DNA of 35,387 bases from an uncultured Methanosarcinales archaeon (GTDB lineage: Archaea > Nanobdellota > Nanobdellia > Woesearchaeales > CAYVYK01), in NCBI GenBank assembly GCA_964455675.1, contig CAYVYK010000017.1:1-35387 (forward strand), read 5' to 3'. The translations under genes and the position numbers were made by a program. Shown piece by piece: positions 19,446-28,052 of this stretch (the first letter of the stretch is position 1; the number at the start of each line of letters is the position of its first letter). The notes beneath the pieces were generated by a model. The model ran no database searches and was not told the DNA's origin. It saw nothing but the letters and a program-made list of their open reading frames with translations.

Positions 19446-19615
19446 CTAGCGGGGAATACGAGACACCTGCCGTTCAGATGGGCTGATGGTTCCCCAGCCC
19501 CTTCTGGAACTGCTCGCGTTCTGGCACACCACCTGGTTGTGATCCTAAATTCAGTACTTGCCCTGTCCGTCGATCGTTGTGTGGAGGGGACAGGGCTCGC
19601 CGAAGGCTCGCAATA
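19446..19615. ncRNA. Candidate structured non-coding element (unassigned)
   Basis: GC-rich island between A/T tracts; stems gccctgtcc/ggacagggc (9 bp), gggctg/cagccc extended by ttcaga/tctgga; no protein-like ORF. Confidence 0.4.
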
Positions 19616-19637
19616 ATTTTCTATTTTTTTAGAGAGT

Positions 19638-19796
19638 CTCATGTTGACAGGGCGTGCCGTAAAGAAGACTCTAGACCATGGTAGCAAGGTCGTCATGCCA
19701 AAGTTGGCAACTAGCACCATGGGATGGTACGCCCGCGTGAAGGATAACCAAGGGAACATTATCGGGATATTTGAGTCAACAGGTCTATTACCCTAA
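19638..19796 (+). pseudogene. Truncated VOC/glyoxalase-family gene (C-terminal half)
   Basis: Reads ..VKKTLDHGSKVVMPKLATSTMGWYARVKDNQGNIIGIFES; in-frame TAA at 19614-19616; upstream HVDRA lies in another frame. Confidence 0.7.
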
Positions 19797-19834
19797 CCGA
19801 CATCTTTTTATGCGGTATCGGAATCAGAGGTATC

Positions 19835-20383
19835 ATGGGCCTCTTATCAGTTGTGCTAGGATCACTAGACGAGACCGCAGTAGCGAAAGCGCTTGGACCG
19901 CATGATGATGCAAGAAACAATTATCGTTTGCAGAGCGTTATGGTCGAGGATCCAGTGACTATTCAGCGTATCGTGAATGACTATTACGCTCATCACATGC
20001 GGGCAGCACCGGTCGTCAATCCTGGTGTTCAGGATGGCGTTGATCTTGTATCCCGCCTGTACGATCCGCACGATCCTGCGCACGGTCTTCGTGTTGCGAT
20101 TTCCAATGGCCAGCGTGGGAAGATGTATGAGATGCTAAACCATATGTGTGAGTATCTAAAAACTCGAGGCGAGGAGGAGTACGTGGAAAGTATGTTAAGA
20201 ACTCATGTGAAGACTCCGCAGGACCAGGCTGCAATCGTTCGGGAAATTTTCGAGATCAAGGAATTGGTTCCTCATTATGCGGATCCTTCGAGGCCTCAAG
20301 ATTACGTGGCTGATTGGAAGAAGCTTGTTCTTGGATTATCCCTCTGGCGTCGGGAGACCTCAAGGATATTCAGGTCATTATAA
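19835..20383 (+). CDS. Hypothetical protein
   Basis: 182-aa helical ORF with gaggt SD and upstream tttttat TATA. Confidence 0.7.
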   Translation: MGLLSVVLGSLDETAVAKALGPHDDARNNYRLQSVMVEDPVTIQRIVNDYYAHHMRAAPVVNPGVQDGVDLVSRLYDPHDPAHGLRVAISNGQRGKMYEMLNHMCEYLKTRGEEEYVESMLRTHVKTPQDQAAIVREIFEIKELVPHYADPSRPQDYVADWKKLVLGLSLWRRETSRIFRSL

Positions 20384-20421
20384 CTGATAATTTTATATAT
20401 CCAATTACCCGAGACCGTCGT

Positions 20422-20676
20422 GTGCCTTCACTCCATGATCTTCTGCAGGAAATCGAAAGGATCAAACAGCGCAACTTGCGCGTCGAAGCTGACAAGGCGT
20501 GGGAGACGAGTTGGTTGCGCAAGAGTGCAATTGCCATTCTCACCTATTTTGTGGTCGTGATTTTCTTCTTGACTGCTGGACTTCCAAGGCCTTTCACTAA
20601 TGCTATCATCCCTGCGCTTGCATTCATCCTTTCTACGCTTACGCTCGATTTGTTGAAGCGTAGGATGTATACGTAA
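20422..20676 (+). CDS. Small conserved membrane protein
   Basis: GTG start MPSLHDLL about 22 nt after ttttatatat; RNLRVEADKAWETSWLRK followed by two TM helices. Confidence 0.75.
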   Translation: MPSLHDLLQEIERIKQRNLRVEADKAWETSWLRKSAIAILTYFVVVIFFLTAGLPRPFTNAIIPALAFILSTLTLDLLKRRMYT

Positions 20677-20701
20677 GAATATACCCCTATGGGTTGAAAT
20701 A

Positions 20702-21358
20702 TTATCTTGATGGGTACTGTTTCTGCTTTCGTGCAGTAACAACAAAGAGAACGCTCTCCCTACCTTTACTCTTCTCCTTCCTGAGACTTTCGAACTTAAC
20801 AATACGGAGCGCTGCGAGTTCCAGCCGTAGCTCTCCTTCAGAAAAAAAGTGGTAGAGCCTGTTTTGGTCCACATAAGTATTTTCGCCTTGCTTGATCCAC
20901 GAATCGCGAGGGTAGCTAGAATCCTCCCTGCTGAGAGCGGTCAGGAAGAGATATCCTCCCTCATTCAAGCTGTTTTGTACATTCCTGACGAGAACTTTTC
21001 TTTCCTCTGTTGTGAGACAATGGTAAGAATTTATGCATACGATCGCGTCCATTCCTTTGGCTCGGAATTTGGTCATACTACGATTGAAGAATGTGCATTT
21101 CGGATACTTTTTTTTGGCCCATTGTACTGCCTCTGCTGAGAAATCAACGCCTGTCACATTATGCCCAAGATTCGTGAGGATAGCTGAGTATTTTCCATTG
21201 CCACAGCCGAGATCAAGAATCTTTGCACCGCTTGGAAGAATTCTTGAGAATGATACTACCTTTCTTTTGAGCGCCTCATACACCCTGCCATGTTCCCCTT
21301 TTTGGAAATAAGCGTCCCAACCCTTGATTCTTTCCGTTGTGCTTTTACCCTCTTCCAT
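20702..21358 (-). CDS. Class I SAM-dependent methyltransferase
   Basis: Start MEEGKST (21358); ILDLGCGNG, VTGVDFS, LNEGGYLFL. Confidence 0.88.
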   Translation of the reverse strand: MEEGKSTTERIKGWDAYFQKGEHGRVYEALKRKVVSFSRILPSGAKILDLGCGNGKYSAILTNLGHNVTGVDFSAEAVQWAKKKYPKCTFFNRSMTKFRAKGMDAIVCINSYHCLTTEERKVLVRNVQNSLNEGGYLFLTALSREDSSYPRDSWIKQGENTYVDQNRLYHFFSEGELRLELAALRIVKFESLRKEKSKGRESVLFVVTARKQKQYPSR

Positions 21359-21380
21359 AAGTGTTGTTACTGCGAGGGGT

Positions 21381-21400
21381 ATAAGTTTATAAACTTTTTT
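21381..21400. promoter_or_regulatory. Bidirectional TATA region between methyltransferase and radical-SAM operon
   Basis: Palindromic aagtttataaactt, about 20-27 nt from both divergent ATGs (21358 and 21415). Confidence 0.65.
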
Positions 21401-21414
21401 GATTTTCCCATCGT

Positions 21415-22899
21415 ATGGCGCGTGTTGTATTGGTGAATCCACAGCTTCCTGCCAGACCGCGTGGTTCCTCAGGTGGATTTCTCGATCAAATTCTCGCGAT
21501 AGAAAAAGGCGTAATTGACAGTCATCTCTTTCGGACATTTGCGAAGCCTCACTATACCTCACTTGGAATTCAGAAGACCTTCCACGAGCATTCATCTAAT
21601 ACCGCGTCTTTGGGACTGCTCTCAATGGCCGCAGTGTTACAAAAGGATGGTCACCACGTGGTATACTACGAGGATAAAGGAGAGTTCACGGATGAGTTCA
21701 AGAATCATGTTATGAATGCAGACGTTGTGGGAGTTACTGGAATTTGCACTAATTGGCAAAGAGCCAACGACATCAGTAAGCAAGTAAAAATATTGAACCC
21801 CAAGGTGCTCACAATCATCGGGGGGCCGCATGCCACCTACTCTCCGAACAATCCCCTTCTGGATAATCCTGCTTTAGATTGCGTGTGCAAAGGGTATGGT
21901 GAGGAAGTCTTAAGGCGTGTCGCCCAGGATCCATTCAATAAAGAAAACCTCCATACAATTCCAGGTCTTGATGTTCGTGAAGAGGGGGCTATCCGTTTGG
22001 GATCTCCGCCCATGCCGGTTGACATGAGGTCTCTCCCGCCACCCTTATATTCTCTCGTGCGAGATCCAAATACGCAAATCTATCTGCAATTCAGTCGTGG
22101 GTGCGAACGCTCTTGTGGATTCTGCTGCGAATGGGAACGTGAACAACATAAAAGTGCTATTGGCATACAAGAGGATCTCGAAGCACTGGAGAAGGTGAAG
22201 CAGCGCAACCTTGTGTTCATTGTTGACAGCAATTTCTTTGGGAGCCAAGAGAAGCTGGCGTTCTTTCGAGAAGCTGTGGTTGGAACGACAAACTTCTTCA
22301 CCGTACAAACTCGAATAACTACATTAGACGCAAATGTGGAGCGCTACTGCCAGGAGATGAAAGTTGCAAATCAGTTCATCGGTATTGAGAACCTTTCCGA
22401 TGAAGTATTGGCAGCAGTCGGGAAGGGGTACACCTGGTCTGATATCCAGAGAGTGCTCGCTCAAGTAGGCAGGGCTGCCAAACTGCCGCTGTATCGTACA
22501 AATTTTATCCAAGGCTTGCCTGGAGAAACAACTGAGGAAGCGAATGTGAACCTCGTCCGACGAAAAAAAATTATGAGTGAAGGACTTATTGTGTATGTGA
22601 ACGACAGTCTGTTTGTTCCAACCCCCGGCTCTCCCATTTTTTGCCACCCTGAGAGGTATAACATTCGGTTGAAGAAAGGATTCACTGTGACAGCACGAAA
22701 CGAATTTCCACAGTATGAGTATGTCGGTCATAATCGACGAACTCCCTTAGAAATCTTCTTGCATCATCTTGACATGCGAAGGTTATGTAATGAACAGCTG
22801 ATGCAACGTTACAATCTTGAATGGGTTCGAGATAGAACCATGGAACTGCTAAACAAAGGGGAACCAATTCCGGATTCTCTCGACCTTTACAGGTGCTAA
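21415..22899 (+). CDS. Cobalamin-binding radical SAM protein
   Basis: B12 domain (SLGLLSMAAVL, DVVGVTG, IIGGPHAT, KGYGE); RGCERSCGFC; GIEN..D..L; FIQGLPGET. Confidence 0.9.
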   Translation: MARVVLVNPQLPARPRGSSGGFLDQILAIEKGVIDSHLFRTFAKPHYTSLGIQKTFHEHSSNTASLGLLSMAAVLQKDGHHVVYYEDKGEFTDEFKNHVMNADVVGVTGICTNWQRANDISKQVKILNPKVLTIIGGPHATYSPNNPLLDNPALDCVCKGYGEEVLRRVAQDPFNKENLHTIPGLDVREEGAIRLGSPPMPVDMRSLPPPLYSLVRDPNTQIYLQFSRGCERSCGFCCEWEREQHKSAIGIQEDLEALEKVKQRNLVFIVDSNFFGSQEKLAFFREAVVGTTNFFTVQTRITTLDANVERYCQEMKVANQFIGIENLSDEVLAAVGKGYTWSDIQRVLAQVGRAAKLPLYRTNFIQGLPGETTEEANVNLVRRKKIMSEGLIVYVNDSLFVPTPGSPIFCHPERYNIRLKKGFTVTARNEFPQYEYVGHNRRTPLEIFLHHLDMRRLCNEQLMQRYNLEWVRDRTMELLNKGEPIPDSLDLYRC

Positions 22900-22900
22900 G

Positions 22901-23356
22901 ATGCCAATCACAGATCTCATTGTCCTAGAGTATAGAAGAAGTGTGCAAGAGTCCATACTCTCGAGATCCGGAAGGGAGCCGGAATACTTGGACTTCTTCC
23001 TGACTGAGGTGGAGCACCATTTTGATGAACTCGAGGAACTTAAGGCAAACAGGGATCCTCATTTCTATGCAGAACTGATTGACCTCGGTTACCTGGCATG
23101 CATTGTGTGCACCCTAACAGGGAATCCTTTCCAACCTCCGGAAGAAAGTGGTGATAGTTTTCCCATGCGATTGGCAGCTATACGAAAACAGTATCATAAC
23201 TCGGTTATCCAGCGTGGAAACGCAGATACTGAATTCTCCAAATTCATGGGTTTAGTTTTCGGCGCTGTTGAAGCCGAACAAGAATACGCACCTATCGAAC
23301 TGGTTGCGAAGAGGGCTGAGAAAATTCAGACCAAAATGAGGGAGGCGACAAGATGA
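22901..23356 (+). CDS. Hypothetical all-alpha protein, MazG/NTP-pyrophosphatase-like acidic motif
   Basis: EVEHHFDELEEL ... YAELIDLGYL resembles the ExxE...ExxD signature. Confidence 0.5.
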   Translation: MPITDLIVLEYRRSVQESILSRSGREPEYLDFFLTEVEHHFDELEELKANRDPHFYAELIDLGYLACIVCTLTGNPFQPPEESGDSFPMRLAAIRKQYHNSVIQRGNADTEFSKFMGLVFGAVEAEQEYAPIELVAKRAEKIQTKMREATR

Positions 23357-24894
23357 TAAGCCTTACAAAATTATGGGGGGATTTTCAGTATGTGGATGTT
23401 GGTAATTCCCCGACAGTAACAAGAAGACTATTCATGCAGCGACTGAGCGATCCGGATTGTAGAGAACGAGATCTCTTCATCGCATTAAACAGCCTTTCTG
23501 GTAGTATCGATATTCTGTCTGAACCGGAGGGTGTCGCCCTGGAACTGTTGCGTGGCGGTTTGACTACTCACCTAGACAGCGCAATGCAGAGAGAACTCTC
23601 AAAGCGAGGATACATATTTCCATCTCGTGCAGTGGAAGAACAGGTATATGCCGAGACATTACGGCGCGCCATCGACGCGCGGTTTACTGATGACCAGATT
23701 CTTCCTTTTTTCTCATTTGACACTACTTGTGGAATGGCATGCGAATACTGCTTTCAAAAAAGAGGAGAGGAGTCAAAACTGGACTTGGAAGTGAGCCGAA
23801 TGGACGAGGAGTCTCTGCGTTCCGCATTCCGTGCGCTCGACAATATACAGGAGTACTACGGAAAAACCTCCAAGTGGGCTGTCGGATTTGGTGGTGAACC
23901 TCTTAAAGGGAATCTAACAGAGATTAACACCTTGTTTATGAGTCTTGCACATGAACGTGGCATTCCAATTACCTATTTCTCAAATCTTGCCATGACAAGC
24001 CAAGAATTGCGGGACGTCTTGAAAAAAAACGCCGGTCAGTTGCACTTCATTGAGACCACATTGGATGGACCACCTGCAGTTCATAATGCGCTGCGGATGC
24101 TTGATGAACCTTTTCAAAGAACTGAGCGCACGATCACAGAATTGCTCAAGGCAGGTGTCCCGATCACGGTGCGTACAAATGTCAACCAGGAGAATCTTGC
24201 GGGAATACCTGAATTAGCGGAAGCTTTCGAGCGTAACGGATGGTTTGGTTTACCTAACTTTAAATCAGTAGTATCTCGGATTACCGATAGGCATCACGAC
24301 GGTAGCAAAATATTTCGCGAAGATGATGCAATGAGTGCATGGCTGGCATTAAAGGATCGTTATCCTGTTGTTCGAAAAATGAATGATTATAACATCGCAT
24401 ACGGATTGTTTAACCTTATGTTAGCATTAGGGATGAGATCCGTCGTTGACAAGGTTGATTTTCGGGTGGACACTTCACCCGTGGTCAGGCACTGTCCTAC
24501 AGATACTGGGCTTGAGTTTGTGTTTACAGGAAAACCTCACAACGGAATATATACATGTGCTGAGTGTGCGGGAATGCCAAAATACCGAATTGGAACTCAT
24601 TTTCCCGATCTTGTAATTGATCCCGCGCAGGCATCAAAGTGGGGGAACGCAACCTACATTGGCCTTCGCAGAGATATCCTTTCTCTTGAGCCCTGCTGGG
24701 ATTGTATCGGTGCAACACAGTGCGGTGGTGATTGTTCTCTGGAAGCGATTGCGGAATATGGTTCAGCAAGCAAGGTGTACTGCAAAGACGTTCCGTCAGT
24801 CATTAAGAGGTTTCTTGAGCACGAGCAGGGAAGGATATATCTAAGATGCCGAGAACTCATTAAAGAGTCTGAGGAGTATGACCGTCTTACATAA
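23353..24894 (+). CDS. Radical SAM/SPASM domain protein with N-terminal extension
   Basis: CGMACEYC, FGGEP, TTLDG; SPASM C..GIYTC..IG..CWDC....CGGDC..YC. Confidence 0.9.
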   Translation: MISLTKLWGDFQYVDVGNSPTVTRRLFMQRLSDPDCRERDLFIALNSLSGSIDILSEPEGVALELLRGGLTTHLDSAMQRELSKRGYIFPSRAVEEQVYAETLRRAIDARFTDDQILPFFSFDTTCGMACEYCFQKRGEESKLDLEVSRMDEESLRSAFRALDNIQEYYGKTSKWAVGFGGEPLKGNLTEINTLFMSLAHERGIPITYFSNLAMTSQELRDVLKKNAGQLHFIETTLDGPPAVHNALRMLDEPFQRTERTITELLKAGVPITVRTNVNQENLAGIPELAEAFERNGWFGLPNFKSVVSRITDRHHDGSKIFREDDAMSAWLALKDRYPVVRKMNDYNIAYGLFNLMLALGMRSVVDKVDFRVDTSPVVRHCPTDTGLEFVFTGKPHNGIYTCAECAGMPKYRIGTHFPDLVIDPAQASKWGNATYIGLRRDILSLEPCWDCIGATQCGGDCSLEAIAEYGSASKVYCKDVPSVIKRFLEHEQGRIYLRCRELIKESEEYDRLT

Positions 24895-25522
24895 TCTCAT
24901 TGCCGAGACAGAAAGAATATTTGACGACGTTTATTCCGTTCTACCCTCTCTTGGTAGTGAAGATGCTGTGGCAGAATATGTGTTGCACGTGATACGGTCA
25001 AGGGGTTTTCAACCATCTTTTAATCCATTTATTGCGTCTGGTGAGCATTCAACACATATCCATCCTGATTTTGAATCTGGGCCAATACAGCAAGGTTTTT
25101 TATTGGTGGATATTGGTATTTTTGCGGACGGGTACAACACTGACCTAACAAGGATGTTTTACTGCGGATGTCCATCTGAAGAAGAGCGAAGACATTTTGC
25201 CCTGGTTGAGTCTCTGATGGGATATGCGATGTCATCGGTACATGATAATTGCGTTTTCAGCGAAGTGGACACAGTTGTTGCTAGTATGGTGACGGAGGGT
25301 AAATACGTGATGGGCAGGCTTGGGCACGGGATAGGAAGGGAATTGCACCAATCTCCTTCGGTACGAGGTATAGACAGGATTATGGAAGGTCAAGTTTTCA
25401 CGCTTGAACCTGCACTTTATTTCAGCAACTACGGAATCCGGATAGAAAATATGCTTGCTCTGCAAAATCATGTTCCAGAACTTCTTTCACGATCCACATT
25501 GTCCCTGAGGAATGTACCATGA
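24878..25522 (+). CDS. M24 (Xaa-Pro/Met aminopeptidase-type) peptidase, catalytic domain only
   Basis: Metal ligands LVDIG, TDLTR, LGHGIG, TLEP, RIEN; no N-terminal creatinase domain. Confidence 0.85.
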   Translation: MTVLHNLIAETERIFDDVYSVLPSLGSEDAVAEYVLHVIRSRGFQPSFNPFIASGEHSTHIHPDFESGPIQQGFLLVDIGIFADGYNTDLTRMFYCGCPSEEERRHFALVESLMGYAMSSVHDNCVFSEVDTVVASMVTEGKYVMGRLGHGIGRELHQSPSVRGIDRIMEGQVFTLEPALYFSNYGIRIENMLALQNHVPELLSRSTLSLRNVP

Positions 25523-26907
25523 TCAATAGACCAAGAACCCTGGATGAAGCGCTTGGGATACTAGGACTTGGGAGTTATTCTGGGATCATCAAGAAACTTG
25601 ATTGTGTTTCTGAGAAACCCAGCATCCATGGAGAGGGAACAACCGGAAATCACCTGAGGCTGCTCTATGATAACCTTCCAGAAATTGTTGATGAATGGTT
25701 GATAACAGTCTCACTATTGCATGATCTTGGCAAATGTCATACACTCCCGCCTAATCATGAGGGTCATGAACAATCTTCGTCTCTTCTGGCGGGTTCTTTG
25801 CCGGAAGTTTATCCGGATCGTGAGAAAATAATCTGGATTATCGAAAACCATGGTGTTATTCTGAAGGATCCCGAAAAAATACGTGAGAATCCACACTATC
25901 CTGATTGCCTGCTCTTTCACTATTTTGATTCGATCTCCATGAATCCCCCCCGGATTGATAATTACGAGCGCCTTGCAGCAATTCTTCGAATGGAATCACC
26001 TTGCTCGACAGTGGCCATACATCTGACATCCACTTGCAATCTCGAGTGTGAGCACTGCTATGCCCCAGATGTGTCCATGGATGATATCAGTCTCGAGCAC
26101 ATTTCTGGGATCCTAAGGGATCTTTGTATTCTCGGTAGGCCTAAGGTTGTGCTTTTTGGAGGAGAACCATTTTTACGTCAAGACCTATCTCAAATTGTGC
26201 ATCTCTGCAAATCCTACGGATTACTCGCAGAGGTAGTTACAAACGGGACACTTGCAGATCGAAAGTCTCTTGAGGGCCTCAGGGATGCTGGATTACAAGA
26301 TCTTTGTATAAGTATTGACGGCACGAAGGAAACCCATGACAAAGTGCGGGGTAGTGGCACATACAACGCAGCGATGACCGCGTTACGTGAAGCAAGACTG
26401 TGTGGGTATAATCTCCGTGTGAATACCGTTGTTCGCCAGAGCAATAAAGAGGTTATTCCTGACTTAATACGGGAAGTCGCACCCCTTACTGACATTCATA
26501 AACTTCTGTATTTCACGCCGTTCGGTCGAGGGGAATGGATGGAATGGATTCCTCCAGAAGAATGGACATCACTTATTCATTTATATGCCTCCACAGAGCA
26601 CCAGGAGAAATTGCGAGTGCAGAATCCTTATGATACATCAACTCGATCGTGTAGCTTTGAAAATCCTGTCATTCTTTCCAATGGTCGAGTGTATCCTTGT
26701 GTGCTATTCCTGAACTCACCATATTCTTGCGGCAATGTTCTTAACGAAAGATTCCTCGACATTTGGAGAAGACAGCCTCCGAGGGAGGTCCCTCATTGTC
26801 GTGGCTACTCATTCATTCTGGAAGGGTCACCCAATATCCATCCAGAGGAGTATATGAGGATAATTTCAAAAATCGGATGCCCATTAGTCTGTCCAGAAGA
26901 GCGTTAA
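25519..26907 (+). CDS. HD domain-radical SAM (SPASM/twitch) fusion protein
   Basis: HD part: GNHL..LLHDLGK..GHE..IENH..FDS; radical SAM: CNLECEHC, FGGEP, VTNG, ISIDG; C-terminal C..NGRVYPC..GNV..IW. Confidence 0.85.
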   Translation: MINRPRTLDEALGILGLGSYSGIIKKLDCVSEKPSIHGEGTTGNHLRLLYDNLPEIVDEWLITVSLLHDLGKCHTLPPNHEGHEQSSSLLAGSLPEVYPDREKIIWIIENHGVILKDPEKIRENPHYPDCLLFHYFDSISMNPPRIDNYERLAAILRMESPCSTVAIHLTSTCNLECEHCYAPDVSMDDISLEHISGILRDLCILGRPKVVLFGGEPFLRQDLSQIVHLCKSYGLLAEVVTNGTLADRKSLEGLRDAGLQDLCISIDGTKETHDKVRGSGTYNAAMTALREARLCGYNLRVNTVVRQSNKEVIPDLIREVAPLTDIHKLLYFTPFGRGEWMEWIPPEEWTSLIHLYASTEHQEKLRVQNPYDTSTRSCSFENPVILSNGRVYPCVLFLNSPYSCGNVLNERFLDIWRRQPPREVPHCRGYSFILEGSPNIHPEEYMRIISKIGCPLVCPEER

Positions 26908-26993
26908 TTTGATTCACTCTCCATCTATTCCTCCTATTGATTTCCCCGGCATCTTTATATACCTCAGGATCCAGTAACTGTCGAGGTGATGTC

Positions 26994-27206
26994 ATGACAT
27001 GTTCTAACGTGATGTTGACCCTTGGGGCCATCTTGATCTTCTTGTTTGTGGTGTGGCCTGGCGTTGGTGGTATGGCAACGAAATGGGTCGTAGGTATTGC
27101 GTGCCTTGCGATTGTGCTGATCGCCTGGACGGGCGTCAAGTGCAGCTATTGCGAGAAGTGCGTGACGACGGCTACGCCCGAGATGAAGCCTAAAAAGAAG
27201 AAGTAG
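26994..27206 (+). CDS. Small two-helix membrane protein with CxxC and Lys-rich tail
   Basis: SD gaggtga before ATG 26994; own TATA (tttatata); ends KCSYCEKC..KPKKKK. Confidence 0.7.
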   Translation: MTCSNVMLTLGAILIFLFVVWPGVGGMATKWVVGIACLAIVLIAWTGVKCSYCEKCVTTATPEMKPKKKK

Positions 27207-27340
27207 TTACTGGTGCCAGATCTCTGATATTTCCACTTTTGGTAGCGCCGCGTAGATTGCTTCCTCTGCCATCATGATGAGGCAGAGAACCATTTTCCAC
27301 GTCGATTACGTTTAAATAACCGGTTTGTTTCCGATGTTGG

Positions 27341-27832
27341 ATGGATGTGTTTATCATCATCCGGGGTCCTGCTGCGTCAGGGAAAACCACAGTAGCGAGG
27401 GCGCTCGCGAAGCAGCTGAACGCCTCGTATTTCTCGTTTGATGACGTCATGCGTGAAAATGGCCTTGACAAGATTGAGGGTGATGGAATCAGCGCACAGA
27501 ACTTTGTGCGGGCAAATGAGATCGTGCTTCCTCTTCTTCGCAAAGTTGAGGGCGTCGTGATTCTTGACGGCTGTTTTTATCGGAAGGAGCAGATGGATCA
27601 TCTGCTATCTCGCTTGCCATTGCAGGGGATTATCATCGACCTTAAGGTTTCCCTGAAGGATTGCTTATCAAGGAATAAGGCAAGGCTCTCTCCGATGACT
27701 GACGAGAATATTCGGGCGGTCTTCCGATTGGTGCAGAGACATTCATTTGGTGTTGAAATCCCCTCATCAGGAAGGACTGTTGATGATGTTGTCCATGATA
27801 TTCTTACGAGAATTCCGTCTGGACGCTCCTGA
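27341..27832 (+). CDS. P-loop kinase (AAA_33/nucleotide-kinase-like)
   Basis: IIRGPAASGKTT, VILDG, CLSRN..R lid. Confidence 0.85.
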   Translation: MDVFIIIRGPAASGKTTVARALAKQLNASYFSFDDVMRENGLDKIEGDGISAQNFVRANEIVLPLLRKVEGVVILDGCFYRKEQMDHLLSRLPLQGIIIDLKVSLKDCLSRNKARLSPMTDENIRAVFRLVQRHSFGVEIPSSGRTVDDVVHDILTRIPSGRS

Positions 27833-27837
27833 AAATA

Positions 27838-27978
27838 TTATCCCCCTGTTGGGCAGTAGGTGCTCCTTGGGTCGTGGTGCTTCATTTCTCCAAAGAAGAG
27901 CACTCTTCCGAGGTACTGTGAGAGTGATGCCGTGACTGCTTACGTATCATCAATATCGCAGGCAATTCTTGGCTTCAT
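27838..27978 (-). pseudogene. Remnant of a HAD 5'(3')-nucleotidase-like gene
   Basis: Reads MKPRIACDIDDT*AVTASL..FFGEMKHHD; motif I DxDxT is followed by TAA where Leu is expected; TATA (aggtatatatt) about 24 nt upstream. Confidence 0.55.
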
Positions 27979-28052
27979 GCCTGAGGTGAATACCCTTTTC
28001 AATATATACCTTATTGCTAACATTTTTATCGTCTACCGCATTCGCTTTTGAT

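Noticed and set aside
19480..19495. gctgatggttcc like the fluoride riboswitch 3' half
   Set aside because: The required 5' GGxGATG pseudoknot strand is missing and no fluoride exporter gene follows.
19580..19613. Resemblance to SAM-I riboswitch P2 (gtggaggggacagg) and, on the minus strand, to the SRP Alu loop (ttcggcg..ccctgt)
   Set aside because: SAM-I P1/P3 core absent; Alu helix 3 does not pair, and there is no loop-loop partner or helix-8 motif.
26994..27206. Cys-containing small ORF as RiPP precursor for the cluster
   Set aside because: It has its own promoter/SD and two TM helices; looks like an ordinary small membrane protein.
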